Assembly (NCBI GenBank): GCA_964016885.1
Contig: OZ024750.1
Span: 46,996,001-47,060,000, forward strand
From: Eledone cirrhosa
Lineage: Eukaryota
Direction of reading: 5' to 3'
Length of the DNA: 64,000 nt
The notes under the pieces were generated by a model. The model ran no database searches. It was not told where the DNA came from and worked only from the letters and a program-made list of their open reading frames with translations. The number at the start of each line of letters is the position of its first letter. The stretch's first letter is position 1. Below, in pieces: positions 32,622 through 46,486 of this stretch. The translations under genes were made by a program, and so were the position numbers.

Positions 32622-33481
32622 CAAATAACGAAACGAAATTAAATTTCGTTTCGCTTCTAACTCACTTTTGTATGACTGACGCTTAAACAATTAAGTTAAA
32701 GTGTACATCTACATATGTATACGGAAGTACTAGTATGCATATAAATACACACATGTATACATATGTACATGTACCGTGTTTTTCACTAGACACTTTACAG
32801 TGAGTGTCCAGCTAGTCTGTATGTAAACAAACAGACGAACCGGGTTTTAAAGTCATACGAGTTTTCAAGGAAACACACTTCCTCTATTCTCCAGAGAGCC
32901 AGACAGGAATATTGGACTAGCTGGACACTCACTGTAAAGTGTCTAGTGAAAAACTCGGTACATGTACATATGTATACATGTGTGTATTTATATGCATACT
33001 AGTACTTCCGTATACATATGTAGATGTACACTTTAACTTAATTGTTTAAGCGTCAGTCATACAAAAGTGAGTTAGAAGCGAAACGAAATTTAATTTCGTT
33101 TCGTTATTTGTTTTTATCGTTTCCGCTGAACCGGCGCGTACAATTACTCACGTTCTATGCAAATTAGTCTGCCCACTACTGATTTTCATAGAAAAAGCAT
33201 ATAACGATATGTGCTTTTACAATTCTCCAGAGAAGCCGGAAGATAGGTATATATTGCTGATGAGATGTAATAACATCGAAACTAGTCCAATATTCCTGTC
33301 TGGCTCTCTGGAGAATAGAGGAAGTGTGTTTCCTTGAAAACTCGTATGACTTTACAACCCGGTTCGTCTGTTTGTTTACATACAGACTAGCTGTACACTC
33401 ACTGTAAAGTGTCTAGTGAAAAACTCGGTACATGTACATATGTATACATGTGTGTATTTATATGCATACTTTAACTTAATT
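32617..33481. mobile_element. Family B element: inverted arm plus 1.2 tandem 470-bp units, in (TA)n
   Basis: Minus arm 32617-32914; plus arm 32915-33481, with CTAGCTG.ACACTCACTG recurring at 32917 and 33387. Confidence 0.92.
33251..33293 (+). ncRNA. Minimal type I hammerhead ribozyme with canonical GUC site (cleavage predicted after 33287)
   Basis: ATATTG CTGATGA GATGT aata ACATC GAAA C ta GTC CAATAT: all core nucleotides present, stems I and II perfect. Confidence 0.9.
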
Positions 33482-33503
33482 ATATATATATACACACACA
33501 CAT

Positions 33504-33560
<57 letters not shown>

Positions 33561-33569
<9 letters not shown>

Positions 33570-33735
33570 ATTCAAATATTAATAAAATAGATGTTCTTGT
33601 GATCAATTAAATGTTATTATACATATTTTAGAGGTACGTGAATCAGGTTCAACAGTACGTCCTCATCAGATACAATAAAATGATACATGACATACCCTGA
33701 GATGTTAGATGGTTAAGATTTAATCAAGGTAGTAT
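33561..33735 (-). mobile_element. Family M TA-embedded fragment with decayed hammerhead (33612-33675)
   Basis: Reverse complement: GTAT CTGATGA GGACGTAC..GTACCTCT AAAA T ATGT ATA ATAAC; GAAA is mutated to AAAA. Confidence 0.55.
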
Positions 33736-33773
33736 ATATATATGCATATATTTATATATTTATATATATGTAT

Positions 33774-33809
<36 letters not shown>

Positions 33810-33859
33810 TCATTTATATATATAATCCTATCGAGCCCTCTTTGGATTTTCCTCTTCAC

Positions 33860-34038
33860 TTGGCAGTATATGTGGAGAGTCGGACGCCATGCTTTCCAGC
33901 ATAGTTACTTCCCTTTACGATCTGAGTTCAAATCCCGCCGAGGTTAACTTTGCCTTTCATCATTACGGGGTCGATAAAACAATGTACCATAAATGTACTG
34001 GTAAATTGCTGGCCTTGTGCCAAATGTAGAAACATTTA
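33860..34038 (+). mobile_element. SINE family 1
   Basis: Match to family 1, slightly 5'-truncated. Confidence 0.88.
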
Positions 34039-34599
34039 TTACAGTATGTTTATGTGCAAGTAAGTGTATGCTTCCATTCAAGCTTCGCGGTTCTCAGACA
34101 TTGGAGTGCAGTCTTGGCGTAAAACCTTTTGCTTCCGCCATATCGAACTCAGTATATATTTTAGAATGATACTTAGCTAATCCGTATTGATCAGCTGCCA
34201 AAATTACGTTATTGACATGAAGGGAAATATATCGAAATATCCGTGTTCATGTGCAAGAATGAACGCCTCATGTATGTGGAGAAGGGTTCTGTGGAGTTTC
34301 CTCCCACCACGTTTAATTCATAAATCCTTAGTTAAACAAGATACATGTCGAGCACACAGCGTAATGTGATAGAACATCAGTCTCCTGTACTTGCAATGTG
34401 AATCTCTTAACAATACACATGTTTTGTTATAAACACTCTTCCGGGAGTACATAACACATTTGGTTAAAATATGTCTCTCTGGCGTATTACGACAATACAT
34501 TTATCAATAAACAAGAATTACTCTGCTGAATATGATTTTTTAACAAATTAATAATAAGGGACTTCAAGAATAGTTAGTTAGTTCAGCTCATTTTGAAAT

Positions 34600-37500
34600 G
34601 CTGGCACAGAGGATTTTGGTGATATACAGAAGTATGCTACGAGTTACTGTTTTATAATCATAGATAGGGAAATCGAATTGTGTAACTTTGTATTTCTAGT
34701 AGTTTGTACATAATTTAGATTTGAAAACAAGATATTTGTTATATGGTATATGTGTTGAAATGAATGCGTTCTATTTAATGATAGGAGTCAGATAAGAAGA
34801 GTACGCTAAGCTTTTGTAAAATATATTTTCAGCTTGGCCGTCACATTGGGATCTTTATATTGTGAATGACATCCTGCAATCTGTCAGAGAATTTCTCTAT
34901 AATTATTAGGCTTTAGGGAGTTTAAAGTCTAGTCATGGAATTAACAAAGAACTTAATGTATATAAGGAGATTAGAATAACACATGGGCATGTGTATTATA
35001 CAATGTAGGCGTAACTGACAGTAGATTATAGATAAAGAGGACGTAACATGAAATTAAGGGATATTGGCTGCTTCAAGGCCTGGGAAAAAATGTGTGCTAA
35101 ATACCCAAGCGTGGGGTTTCTGCTCATATAAATTATCCCCAATTGTCTCATACGCGATGCTAAAGATAAAATCTTAAGAAATGCTGAATTTCCGAAAACT
35201 GATAATAAGAACACAGACAAAAAAACATAAGTAATATATCGAAAGAACATTTTGCAGATGTTTTGATTATAAAACTATTACTGATGCGGCAATGTATGAA
35301 CGTTCATCTTAAATCACATAGATATATATTTTACAGATTTTACAGGTTTTAGCACAACGCTAGTATCAAATTTCTGTAAATGAGATAGGAGTGTATAAGC
35401 AGAATTAAATATAAATGAGAATCAAAAACAAATGTGGAATACATATTTGTTGAATATTCTAGATCAATCCACGAACTAAAGGAAAGCATTTGAATTCCGG
35501 TTGTAAATTATATGTTAGTTTACTTAAGAATGTAATAAACGTGTGAACGCACACAAAATAATGATAAATATCTTTAATGGTCATATAGCTGTTATGCATT
35601 TTGCTGCAATGCAGCACATATTCTTAACAAAACGGCTAACCATGTCAGTGTTAAGACTGTATCATGTAACATGTACATCAGTCTATCATAAGTAATATTT
35701 CATGGAAACATAAATGACAAATTTGATATTACATTCATTACTAACATATTAATATATTAATAATGTAATAAACAGCCGAGTAATATATTTGAAGTATCAT
35801 ATATCGCAGCACCACTGCAGAAATTAATTAAAATATTTACATCCAAATTCGTTACCAGATAATTTTAGTTTCAAGGCAAGGAAATTTTCTGGAGCCGTCA
35901 CACAGACACAAACCCAGATACTCTCACATATAACACCTTGTAAGTTTCGATTTCAAATAAAGATCAGTTCAACATGTTTAAATGGCCATGTCTGCAGATA
36001 TCAAGGGTGTTATCCCTGGGCAGCTGGCTCACAGACCTAATATCCTACCACAGGCCACGACAAAAGTACATTTGTATTTCTCTGTAGAGAGAAGAAGGGA
36101 TGTTTATCAACTGTTTCTGGTTGTCTTAAATCTTTATTGATAAATACTTGCTGTATTTAATTCATAAAACTCATGTGGCAGATTTGTTCTGCCAGAGAAT
36201 ATGTCCCAGTGGACAGATGATTGGATAACCACCAGATATCGTGTCTATTTGTCTGACAAATAAACAATCCTTGAACAAAATCCAGGAAGCTGGTAGTTGA
36301 TATGGAACCACGTATGACAGTTTTAATTATTAAGAAAGCTCTCAAGAGAAAGTGACATAGCTGCGACGATGCGAGTACATGCCGACTCTAAAATCGTCTG
36401 GTCTTCACATGACTGAGAACATTTCAGAATTAGTTTCTAGCGCAAACGAGGCCACCAAGATTTGCAATATGTTCAGATTGAATAAAAAGTATTCTTACAG
36501 CATCCTACGTTGCAAGGGATAACATAAATGTGGGTTCAGGATTTAGAAGAGCCATTCGAAAAATATATTGCTGTTTCCTTTTAGTGACGCAACAACTGGT
36601 GATGTGCCTGTGATATGTTCTGGGATGCGTGACATGGACTCACCAACGTTGCCTATCATGAGACACTAAAGAAGTTCCCCAAAATAGCAAACATTAATAA
36701 TTTGCAATTACTTTTTGTATTGTCTCTGATACCTTTGATACTGTGGTGGAGGATTTTCTTAAGAGACAGGCTGAGAGGTCACTATATATGTGTTGTATGG
36801 GACTATCTGAAATCAGAAACACCTCCCAAACTGACTGGCTTGCTCGAGCTAATAGTGTGAGGAACCAAGTATGTTCCAAATTCAAACTGGGGACGGTAAA
36901 ATGGAGGAGAGAAGTTTCAGCTTGGCAGATTATCTTTACATTCATCTGTTAAATGCCGCTGGTGAAAGCAACACGGCGAACTCCTTGGTTCAATAGAAGG
37001 TTAAAGTGGCCATTCAAGCAAAATGGCATGCTTACAAAATTTGGTTTTGAAATAAGTCTTCCTTCTGACACTCGGTGTACCAGTTGGGACGCTCGCAGCA
37101 GGGACAGTGGCGATACTCAATTTTTCGGAATGGTACCTTCTATTTCTCCCGGAGAGAGTTTGCTGTTAAATGCTGGACGACAAGAATAAAAATCTATAAT
37201 GCTACGATTGAAACACTCAACTTCAAGGAAACTTGCGCATTGCACTCTGCATGTGGTTGGAGTTACACTGAAGTTCAACGAATTTGAGGCTGTTTTAGCA
37301 AATGGTGGAATGCATGACAATGAATTAAATATAATATTGCAGGAGCTCGTGCAGTTACGTACCACCTTCAGCCCCAAATTTTCAGAATAAATACAAATTA
37401 GTTATCGATGTTAACATCACCATCTTCCTTTCGGCGTTCATTATTCGACTATTAAGTATAATTAATATTGGGAAATGGCCTAAATAATACGATCATGAAT

Positions 37501-38350
37501 GCAAGTGACTGAACTGGACTTCCTCTGAAAGGTCTCAAGCCTAATCTCACTCGATTGTATGTGTAGCTTGGTGCCAGGGAGTCATTGCCGTTAGAGGGAC
37601 TACTCCGACAGATCAAGAATCTACAGCTACGTTATTACTGACATGTGATTATGATGTCTAGGTAAAGAATCGCTGAATTGACCAATAACAAGGTAGTTGT
37701 ATATCTCTGAGCTCGGCTGATCTCCGTTGAGTATCTCACTGGATTATTTGGATACGGGTGCGTCTGTTAGGACCCTATAGAAGGTATGTCTGATGACTCT
37801 GTACTGAAGAACCTCCCACGAATAATGGGTGAAGATTAATGAGAGGCATATTATATTGATCTCAAAATATGATTCGTTTTCATTTGAAGCATATAGGTAT
37901 GGAACCCAACACTATACCGCAACGTGTATTCTAAGCAACCAATCTACATTTCCATTTCCAAAACCGAAAATGTTGTATATCAAGTAGTTGTGTCCTTTTA
38001 TTTTACTAATTTATTCGGTGTTAGATATAACCTGTTGCTTTCCTACCGCTATCGGTGTCCAAAATGATTTCGGACAACTCATGTCTCCGGTTTGAGAATC
38101 ATTTCATCTTTTCATCCCAATAGTTTTAAAGGACCTGGATAGAGCCTTGGCCAAGTCACTTTATTCGCGTAATCATACTCTTAATTAGTAAACATAATAT
38201 GACATTGTCACACGTACAATCTTTAATCAATTCTTGCAGGATTTTGACCTCTTCTTCCCACACATTCATTCGTGCTTAATTAATTTCCACCTAATATTTC
38301 ATCATTATAATATAAAAAGCTTCATATTCTTGCGTATTCAATGCACCTGT
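34600..38350 (-). pseudogene. Ancient decayed LINE fragments (APE/RT-like traces)
   Basis: Microsatellite-free tract with faint minus-strand motifs (FAILGNF near 36690, GRKQQV near 38045, GIVLG near 37915); no intact ORF. Confidence 0.3.
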
Positions 38351-39711
38351 ACAAGGATATCGCTATAACAGTATACACCTGTGCAATCATATCGCTATAA
38401 AATAACCTTGCAACTGTTTTACAGCTTTTGTAATGAAGAAGACATTTTAATCATTTTAAATATCGCGTCTGCTCTAAATAAAGCTTAAGTATGAATAGTT
38501 TGTGAGGGCTACCTTGATTGACATATAGTGACCGAACCGATGAGCAGGCCCCACATATCGACACATATTGATATGTAAGATCTAATATGAGATACCTTAA
38601 AATGTCACATGACTTGATTGAAAAAGCAGTGTGTTCCATCTCTCATTATATCAGACATACTTAAAAAGGGAGGTACTTAATTCTATAAATCATACCTGAA
38701 GGAAGAACGCTAGAAGAGTTTTGAAAATCGGTTCAATAGCCCAGGATTAATGGAAAACGACAGCATTGCAGCATAAACCCTGTTACTATCAGATACAAAA
38801 ACAATTTAGCAAGAATAATATATGTGAAGATATGAGATTTGTTACAGGTCTATTTCAATAGAAGCTACACATCATAATTTGATGCTCTGTGAGATCGTGC
38901 AACGATAACATTAATAAGGGATCCCATAAACTCGAGAATCATCGATGCACCATTTAAGAGTCTCTTCGGTTCTCTATATTTAAATATCTGGAAATTATCT
39001 GCAGTCATGGGCATAAGATTAGAAAAGCTTCTATAGTTATACGAACATGTATATAAATATGACTACGCTCATCGCATTCCAGCGTATACCCATGAGTTCA
39101 ATTATAATCTATGGTAAAGACCAACAAATCCTCAATACTATATCGGTCATGCTATTAACATATTCCTTTAAATCGTACGGTTCAACTTGTTTTCAAAGTC
39201 ACATGAACTATGCCATGTACAATCAATTACCTTTAATCCTGATACAATTGGGCATTAGGCATAATAAACTAGGCATATGATAACTACTTTAGAATGAACT
39301 GCAGGAACATAACCTATGAAGAACCACTGTCATATAACATGAAATATGATTCAAATATAATGGGGATACTTCCTTGTATTCATTTAATGGCTGTATTTAA
39401 TGGCCTTGTATTCATTCAACTGTCACCACCCTGGGACCCCTACATGTTGTGCTCGATTATATCGACACAGATAATAGGCACGGAAGAAACGCAACCACAA
39501 ATAATGTATATATATATATACATATATATATGTGTGTGGGTTTGTGAGTGTGTTTTAGGTAATTCCAAAGGAAAAGCAAAGGAAAAAAGAGTGCTCTATG
39601 TATAGACAACATCTCATGACTGATCCAGACATATATTAATATTGTTTGGGATGCATAAACCTTTGGTAATGGAGTAGTTATGTTTTATGTTGTTTACTTT
39701 CTAATTACATA

Positions 39712-39752
<41 letters not shown>

Positions 39753-41119
39753 ACATTGTTGGTTATGTATGTTTTCTTAGTGTCACACTTTATAGCTATG
39801 GTATTAACTCTAAACTTAATGTTTGTATTTTAACTTTCGATCCATTGAGTGCTTTGTGATTGCCACAAACAAATCGAATAGTACTTTCTGGCACTGCAGC
39901 TAAAGAGAGATTTACAATATTATATATATATATATATATATACGTCGAAAAGTACAAGGGACACATCAAAACAACCAACATGCTACTATTAATATTAGTT
40001 TAAGACTTAATATCAAGGACTAGCATCCGAAACATTCACACAATGGTGTGAATGTTTCGAATGATAGTCCTTTATGCATGTATGTATCATCTGTCATTCC
40101 ATCTAACCAATTAATTCAGTCCAAGACACTGAACTGTTGGCAAAGTATAGACACTGGGCATCTTGTACAGATAGTTGGGGTTCACAGATTTTTGCAAAAA
40201 TGAAATACCACAACTCCCGCAATTTCGTCACCCCGGGACATGTAGTAGAGGCGGAAGCAGTAACGCTAAATCACGATCTGTGTTGATGTTTCCTCTTTTG
40301 AGGGTATGGCCTACTGTAATGATGACATCGTGCAATCGCCAAGAGGCGGCATCCACCTTCATCAGTGACAAAATAAAAAAATATAGAGGAAGTATCGACC
40401 CCAGTCCTAGACTGCTCCTTTTTCATCGACCTCGAAAGAATGATGGCAAAGTTGACCTGAGTGGGATTTGAACTCAGAGACCAGAGAGTTGGAATGAATG
40501 CCATAAAACATTCTATCCGAAATTATAACGACTCTGCTAATTCCCTGCCTACGCTTATATCTATGGTGTTGTTATTCCATATACAACTTACAAAGTATTG
40601 GAATTCACTAGAATGAAACTTAATCAGAAACATTTATTATAGAAGAATTGAAACACACACTATACGAAACATTTGACGAATCATTTCTGTAAGTAATTTG
40701 GTTTCTAAATAATTAATTTAACGGTAAAATAATTTGTTAACAATGATTTATATATGTTATTTCTTTTTGGATTAAGAATGAAATAAATTATTGATTAACC
40801 TATATTTTACATGCCCGAGTATAAATCTTAAATGAAAACAATAATAATTCTTTAGATAGATGTAGGATTTAAAAACAGCGAAATGATAAGCAGAGGCAAG
40901 GTTGCGTGATAACAGATTTTCGCTTCGCAAACAAGAGCCACTGCGTCTGTTCCTATAGTATAGAACCTGAGGATATATATTCTATCATAGCATCGCTTGA
41001 CTAATGCCATATGAAACACATTTTTAAAACGGGAGGAAACAGAAACTCTTCACGCACACGTAGATTACGGATTTTGTTAAACTAGACCCAAATGATTTGA
41101 CCCCGGATTTTTATTGATA

Positions 41120-41165
<46 letters not shown>

Positions 41166-42797
41166 GATACACACACACAAACACACACATATATATATTA
41201 ACAATAAGATAATAAGAGATCAAGGTTACAGTTCGATTGTGTGTGTTTGGTTAACTTTCTTTTTTTTTTTTACAGAATTACATATTTTAAAATAATTTGC
41301 TAACGTAGAATATTTAACAACTATAAAGGCTTCCTAAATGTCTGAAATGTAGCTACTGACACGTTCATGTGACCCTGAAATGAATTCTAAACATGAACAT
41401 TAGTATTTCTTATTTTTTCCATCGAGCTTATCCAATATATATCGAAGAGAAACATGTTTGATTAACTCGACTAAAGAAAGTTGGCGTGACTTACAAGGCC
41501 AATAATGTTTAGGGGAGAGGACTATCGTTTAATCGGCGTTACTAGTGCTTGTTTTATCGTCTCCATAACGATGAAATTCACTGAGCTTGGTGGGATTCTA
41601 ATTCAGAACTTAAAGAGCCATAATAAATACCAAAAACATTTTCCGGAGCTCTTGTAATTATATGGACATGCCACCCGTTAAAGAGGATATAATATAAAAT
41701 ATCATATATTGCTTCTGTAATTATTTGTACAAGTAATTACACTTAATTTATATTCCCACACAAATCTGCGTTTGTTTTATACACACAGTAGTTCGTGCAC
41801 AGTAGACCCCAAATTATAGTTTTAAAATGTCTCAAGCTGCCACTCGAAATCTAAAACCTCATAATCGCCAAGTAAACTTCTCAACAAATCAGCTATATCG
41901 AATCAAGAAGACAAAAATAATATTTCCAGAATTAATAATCTTGGTCGAATATCACAACATAAATACATGTAATTAAGAAACATTCGTTAATGAACAAATT
42001 AATCATACACAATTGCATTAATTAAATAGATTGTACATCCATTTACATTAGTAGTAATTGTTGGATTGTCTAACTGATGATGGAAATAATTCCGATATTG
42101 ATTCTATGATAGAGAATCTATTTGTAGACGGGGAATTGGCAGTCATTACATGTTGTTCCGGCTCACTGCACGCGGAGTTCAAATGTCGCCGAAGTGATTT
42201 TCATTATTTTGAGGTTGATAAATATACGGTTCTACTCAGTGCACAATTAAATTAGGTTCCACCAAAGTTTACTTTGATTTGAGAAATAAAATACTTCATC
42301 CCTATGAAGGAATTGTTTGAATTGGTAAATAATCAGACGAGATGGTATGCGATATCTGCTGTGGTTCTTGTGTCCCATGTTCAAATATTGCCTCATTCTA
42401 CTATGAGATAATATCCATGATTGAATGCCCAATGAAGGTATTGCTGTCTTGGACTGATCTGTCTTTCTGGAATCTTGACTTTCTGGCGGTACCAAGGAGA
42501 GAATAACACATAATTATTAAAAATACTCTCTATAATGTCAGAATGAGATTTCCGTTATAGGCAAAGATAAAATGTTGACAAAGAAACCATAGACACTGTC
42601 AATACTCCTGCTACAATAGGTATTCAAGATAATGCCGTCAATGCTAGCTCATGAAGAGATAATCTTCAAGTGGCATATAGATAATTGCCTCATGTAAACA
42701 ATCTGAAAGATGAGACACAAGTTATATGTGTCTATTAAAACCTGAGTAATCTGTCTTCTATATCAACAGCCGTTCAGCCGTAACCCTCAACACCCCT

Positions 42798-42833
<36 letters not shown>

Positions 42834-43453
42834 TAAATTAGCGAGAATCGTATTTCAGCTCAGGAATTAACGAAAAACAACTTCCGAGATGTGTGGCAAG
42901 CGCTCGATGATTCATATGAATCAGAGCTACAACATACGTTAAGGGCCAAACACAGTGAGATGGTGGTTAAACAAATCATCCGCACAGCCAAAAGAATGAC
43001 CAAATAATTCGGGTCAAACAATAAAAATATATGTGATATATATACATATACTACTAAACACCGAGAGGGCCATGCTGCCAATAAAAACACACGCACTTGA
43101 TGGGATTCACTTCAGTTTATCGAGAATTACTGGTTGGTTGGTTGTTTGGTGTGATAACCGGATGTTTGTTTCTATATTATCAAAGCACTTTCATCACACA
43201 TTATGCAACCACCTCAGTGACAGTCTTTTAAAATTTTGTGTTTCTCCTTCATTCTGTCCTATACCATCGTGCTATATAAACGACCTTCCGGTTATCGAAC
43301 AAAACAACTGGAACTTTATAATAAATTGATGTAATAACCAACAAGTGCCTGTCTTTTATTGGCAGTGTGGCCCTCCCAGAGTAGCTGTATCTGTTTTAAC
43401 ACTGGTTTTTAGAGAATAAATCTCGCAAAACAAATTCAAAATCGAAATATATG

Positions 43454-43491
<38 letters not shown>

Positions 43492-43492
43492 T

Positions 43493-44176
43493 CCTAAATT
43501 AAGATAAATTAAATTAATTTAATCTAAATCAAAATTATGGGTGTCATGCGAGAAAGACATGCGCCATATCACCCGGAAAATAAGCTCTAAGATTCTAACG
43601 AGTAGGTCCGAGCATTTTATAATAACTAGAAGTTGATTAACATATAAAGAAACATGAAAAATCACAGGAGATAATTTTGACAAGTGTGTAACTACACATA
43701 GCTAGGTAGGTAACTAAATAAATAAAGTTGACCAGCACTTCAAAAATAGATACATTATAATATGATTAATCTTCCCTGTATATATTCCATTAAAGAAATA
43801 TATTTCACCAATTAATCGGAAGGTAAACCACGGAAGGGGAGACTTGGATTTTCAACAAATGTGTGTATTTATAGTAAATACAACACGTGCTGGCCAGTCG
43901 CAGATTTGAACTTGAAGTGTAAACACGGATCGCTGGAACTTCTTCCTTGTTGAAAATCCAAGTCTCCACTTCCGTGGTTTAACTTCCGATTAATTGGTGA
44001 AATATATGTCTTCAATGGAATATATACAGGGAAGATTAATCATATTATAAGGTATCTATTTTTGAAGTTCTGGTCAACTTTATTTAGTTGCCTACCTAAC
44101 TATGTGTGGTTACACACTTGTAAAAATTATCTCCTGTGATTATTCATGTTTATTTATATGTTAATCGACTTCTACT

Positions 44177-44180
<4 letters not shown>
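43493..44180. mobile_element. Family G palindromic element in (TA)n
   Basis: Arms ~43615-43859 and ~43947-44180 with an ~87-bp spacer; the left arm carries a ~120-bp extension. No intact CUGANGA core found. Confidence 0.85.
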
Positions 44181-44212
<32 letters not shown>

Positions 44213-44797
44213 CAGTCATATTGTTATTCTGTGGACAGAGACACGGCTACAATTTTACGAGGTAGATATCGAATCCTTGATATACTTGATCAGACTACAC
44301 ACCGTGGTGCCATGGACAAGTGAATTTCCACCTATCGTCCAGTTACAAGTAAAATCGCGTAAACGGAAACCGTGAAACATCGTTGAATATAATTTATCCA
44401 TTATTTAACACTACAGACCATGTACAAACTGTTTCAGGCTATATCTGCCTATTAAAGGGGCAAGTGTGTGACTCAGGAATCTTGTAACCTCTGACTTTTG
44501 TAATATAATTCAGAAAATAGCAGTTAACTCCATTGACGGACTGGAATAATCAACTGTGAAAATGACGGAGACCCATTTAGATCGCTTACATATTTACAGG
44601 CGAGCAAATGAAATAATGATTGCAAGCATGTTTGGTTGTCTATACGATGACAGCTTGTTAGGAAAGAAAATGAGGAATGTGAATCACATGCAGTCTGACT
44701 AAGTGGCCATCTTGAAATTGCTTCCAACATTTATTCGTATATGAAAATACTGAGAAGACTGATGAGCGATCATTAGCGATTTTATTTTTATAGTTTC

Positions 44798-44919
<122 letters not shown>

Positions 44920-44992
44920 TAGACTAACACACACACACTGTCCCACACCACCCTCTCTTTCTCATATATATGTTTTATATATGAATATATAT

Positions 44993-46324
44993 ATCAAATC
45001 CTCTGTCGCCTTCAGTGTATTTGTCAGTAAAACTATGTCGTCAGCAAATTCAGCATCCGATATATTTTTTGCTTTAACTCTCCTGATCTGAGCCGGTGTT
45101 ACAGAAAAGGCAGAGTCCTGGTGTTTCTCCAGTGCAAGGCGCATACAATAGTCCACTACGATGAGAAAAAGGCCGGGAGCCAATGTAACTCCCTGGAGCA
45201 CCCCAGCCAGTATCTCAAAGAACTATGTCATCCCATCAGTTGTAATGACTTGGGCTTTGGTGTTGGTGTAGAGCAGTGATATCAGGTCCACTATCTTCTT
45301 GGGGATTCCATAAGCCTGTAAGATCTTCATCAGACAGTGACGGTCCACAGAATCAAAGGCCTTCCTAAAGTCAATGAAAACCATGACCGCAGGAAGGCAC
45401 TTTGCTCTAGCTCCCTCTAATATCCACCTCAGCATCAGGATGTGACTAGTAGTTGATCCACCCTCTCTGAAGCCGTTCTGGTTGTCCCTGAGCTTCTTCT
45501 CCATCTCGGGATGAATCCTGTTAATAATCATCCTGTTGAGGGTATTTTCCACACGTGACGTCAGTGAGATTCCCCTGTAGCGGTTGGTGTTAGAGAGATC
45601 TACCTTCTTTGGCACTGGATTTGATGCAGAAAGGTGAGACTGTGTCGATGAGTGTGGGGCTGAGAATGAATGAGAGTAAGACAAAATGTCTGGTAGAGAA
45701 TGTTGAGAAGCCAGACGGGATTACTAATGTAGGCGGGAAGCCGCTGGAATTAGTTGAGGAATTCCTGTATTTGGAACCACAGATTGGGAATACGGAAGCT
45801 GATGTGGTTGAGAGGAAGAGCAAAGCGTGGTCTGCGTGGCACAGCTTGAGATCGGTATAGACGTCGGAGCTTCGCGAAGACCTGAAGTTACGCCTCTTCA
45901 TTTCTGTAGTGGAGTCTGTGCTGCTATACAGGTCTGAGACTTGGACACTGACCAAGAAACTCACCCAGATGGTGGATGGGTGCAATACGAGAATGCTGAG
46001 GATGGCTCTGAACATTAATCACTATACACTGATGATGAAGCCTTCAGAGCTGTATGGGAGCCTATCAAAAGTCAGCTCAAAGTTACACAGAGGAGACTGA
46101 GGTTAGTTGGACATGCTCATCGACATCCAGAGTTGATTTTGCACTCAGTGCTCCTGTGGGAGACCCTACATGGACACACTGGAATACGAAGTCCAAGGTT
46201 AAGTTATGTTGATGCCCTAAGGTCAGACACTGGTCTGGTGGAGACGGAGGACATGGCATCGATAATGGGGGACAGATATCGCTGGAGAGAACTCGTCCAT
46301 GGATCTCGGGAATTTGACCCGCAC
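44993..46324. mobile_element. RTE-type LINE, 5'-truncated, with a 5' inversion
   Basis: Minus arm 45620->44993 encodes PVPKK..YRGISL..QNGFR..FIDFRKAFDSV..LQG..LAP.LF..EFADDIVLL. Plus arm 45617->46324 continues GLRMNESKTK..FLYL..VESVLLY..RWRELV. Stops and frameshifts are present. Confidence 0.93.
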
Positions 46325-46397
46325 TATATATATATATATATATATGTGTGATACTGCGTTATTCTTGCGCGCACACATATATAGATATTAATATATA

Positions 46398-46458
<61 letters not shown>

Positions 46459-46486
46459 TAAAATAACTGATTAAATGTTAAGCAAA

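Noticed and set aside
43493-44180. Palindromes as classical MITEs of DNA transposons
   Set aside because: The ends are asymmetric, the centre varies between copies, single arms occur, and related architectures carry hammerheads. This is not fully excluded for families G, H and C.
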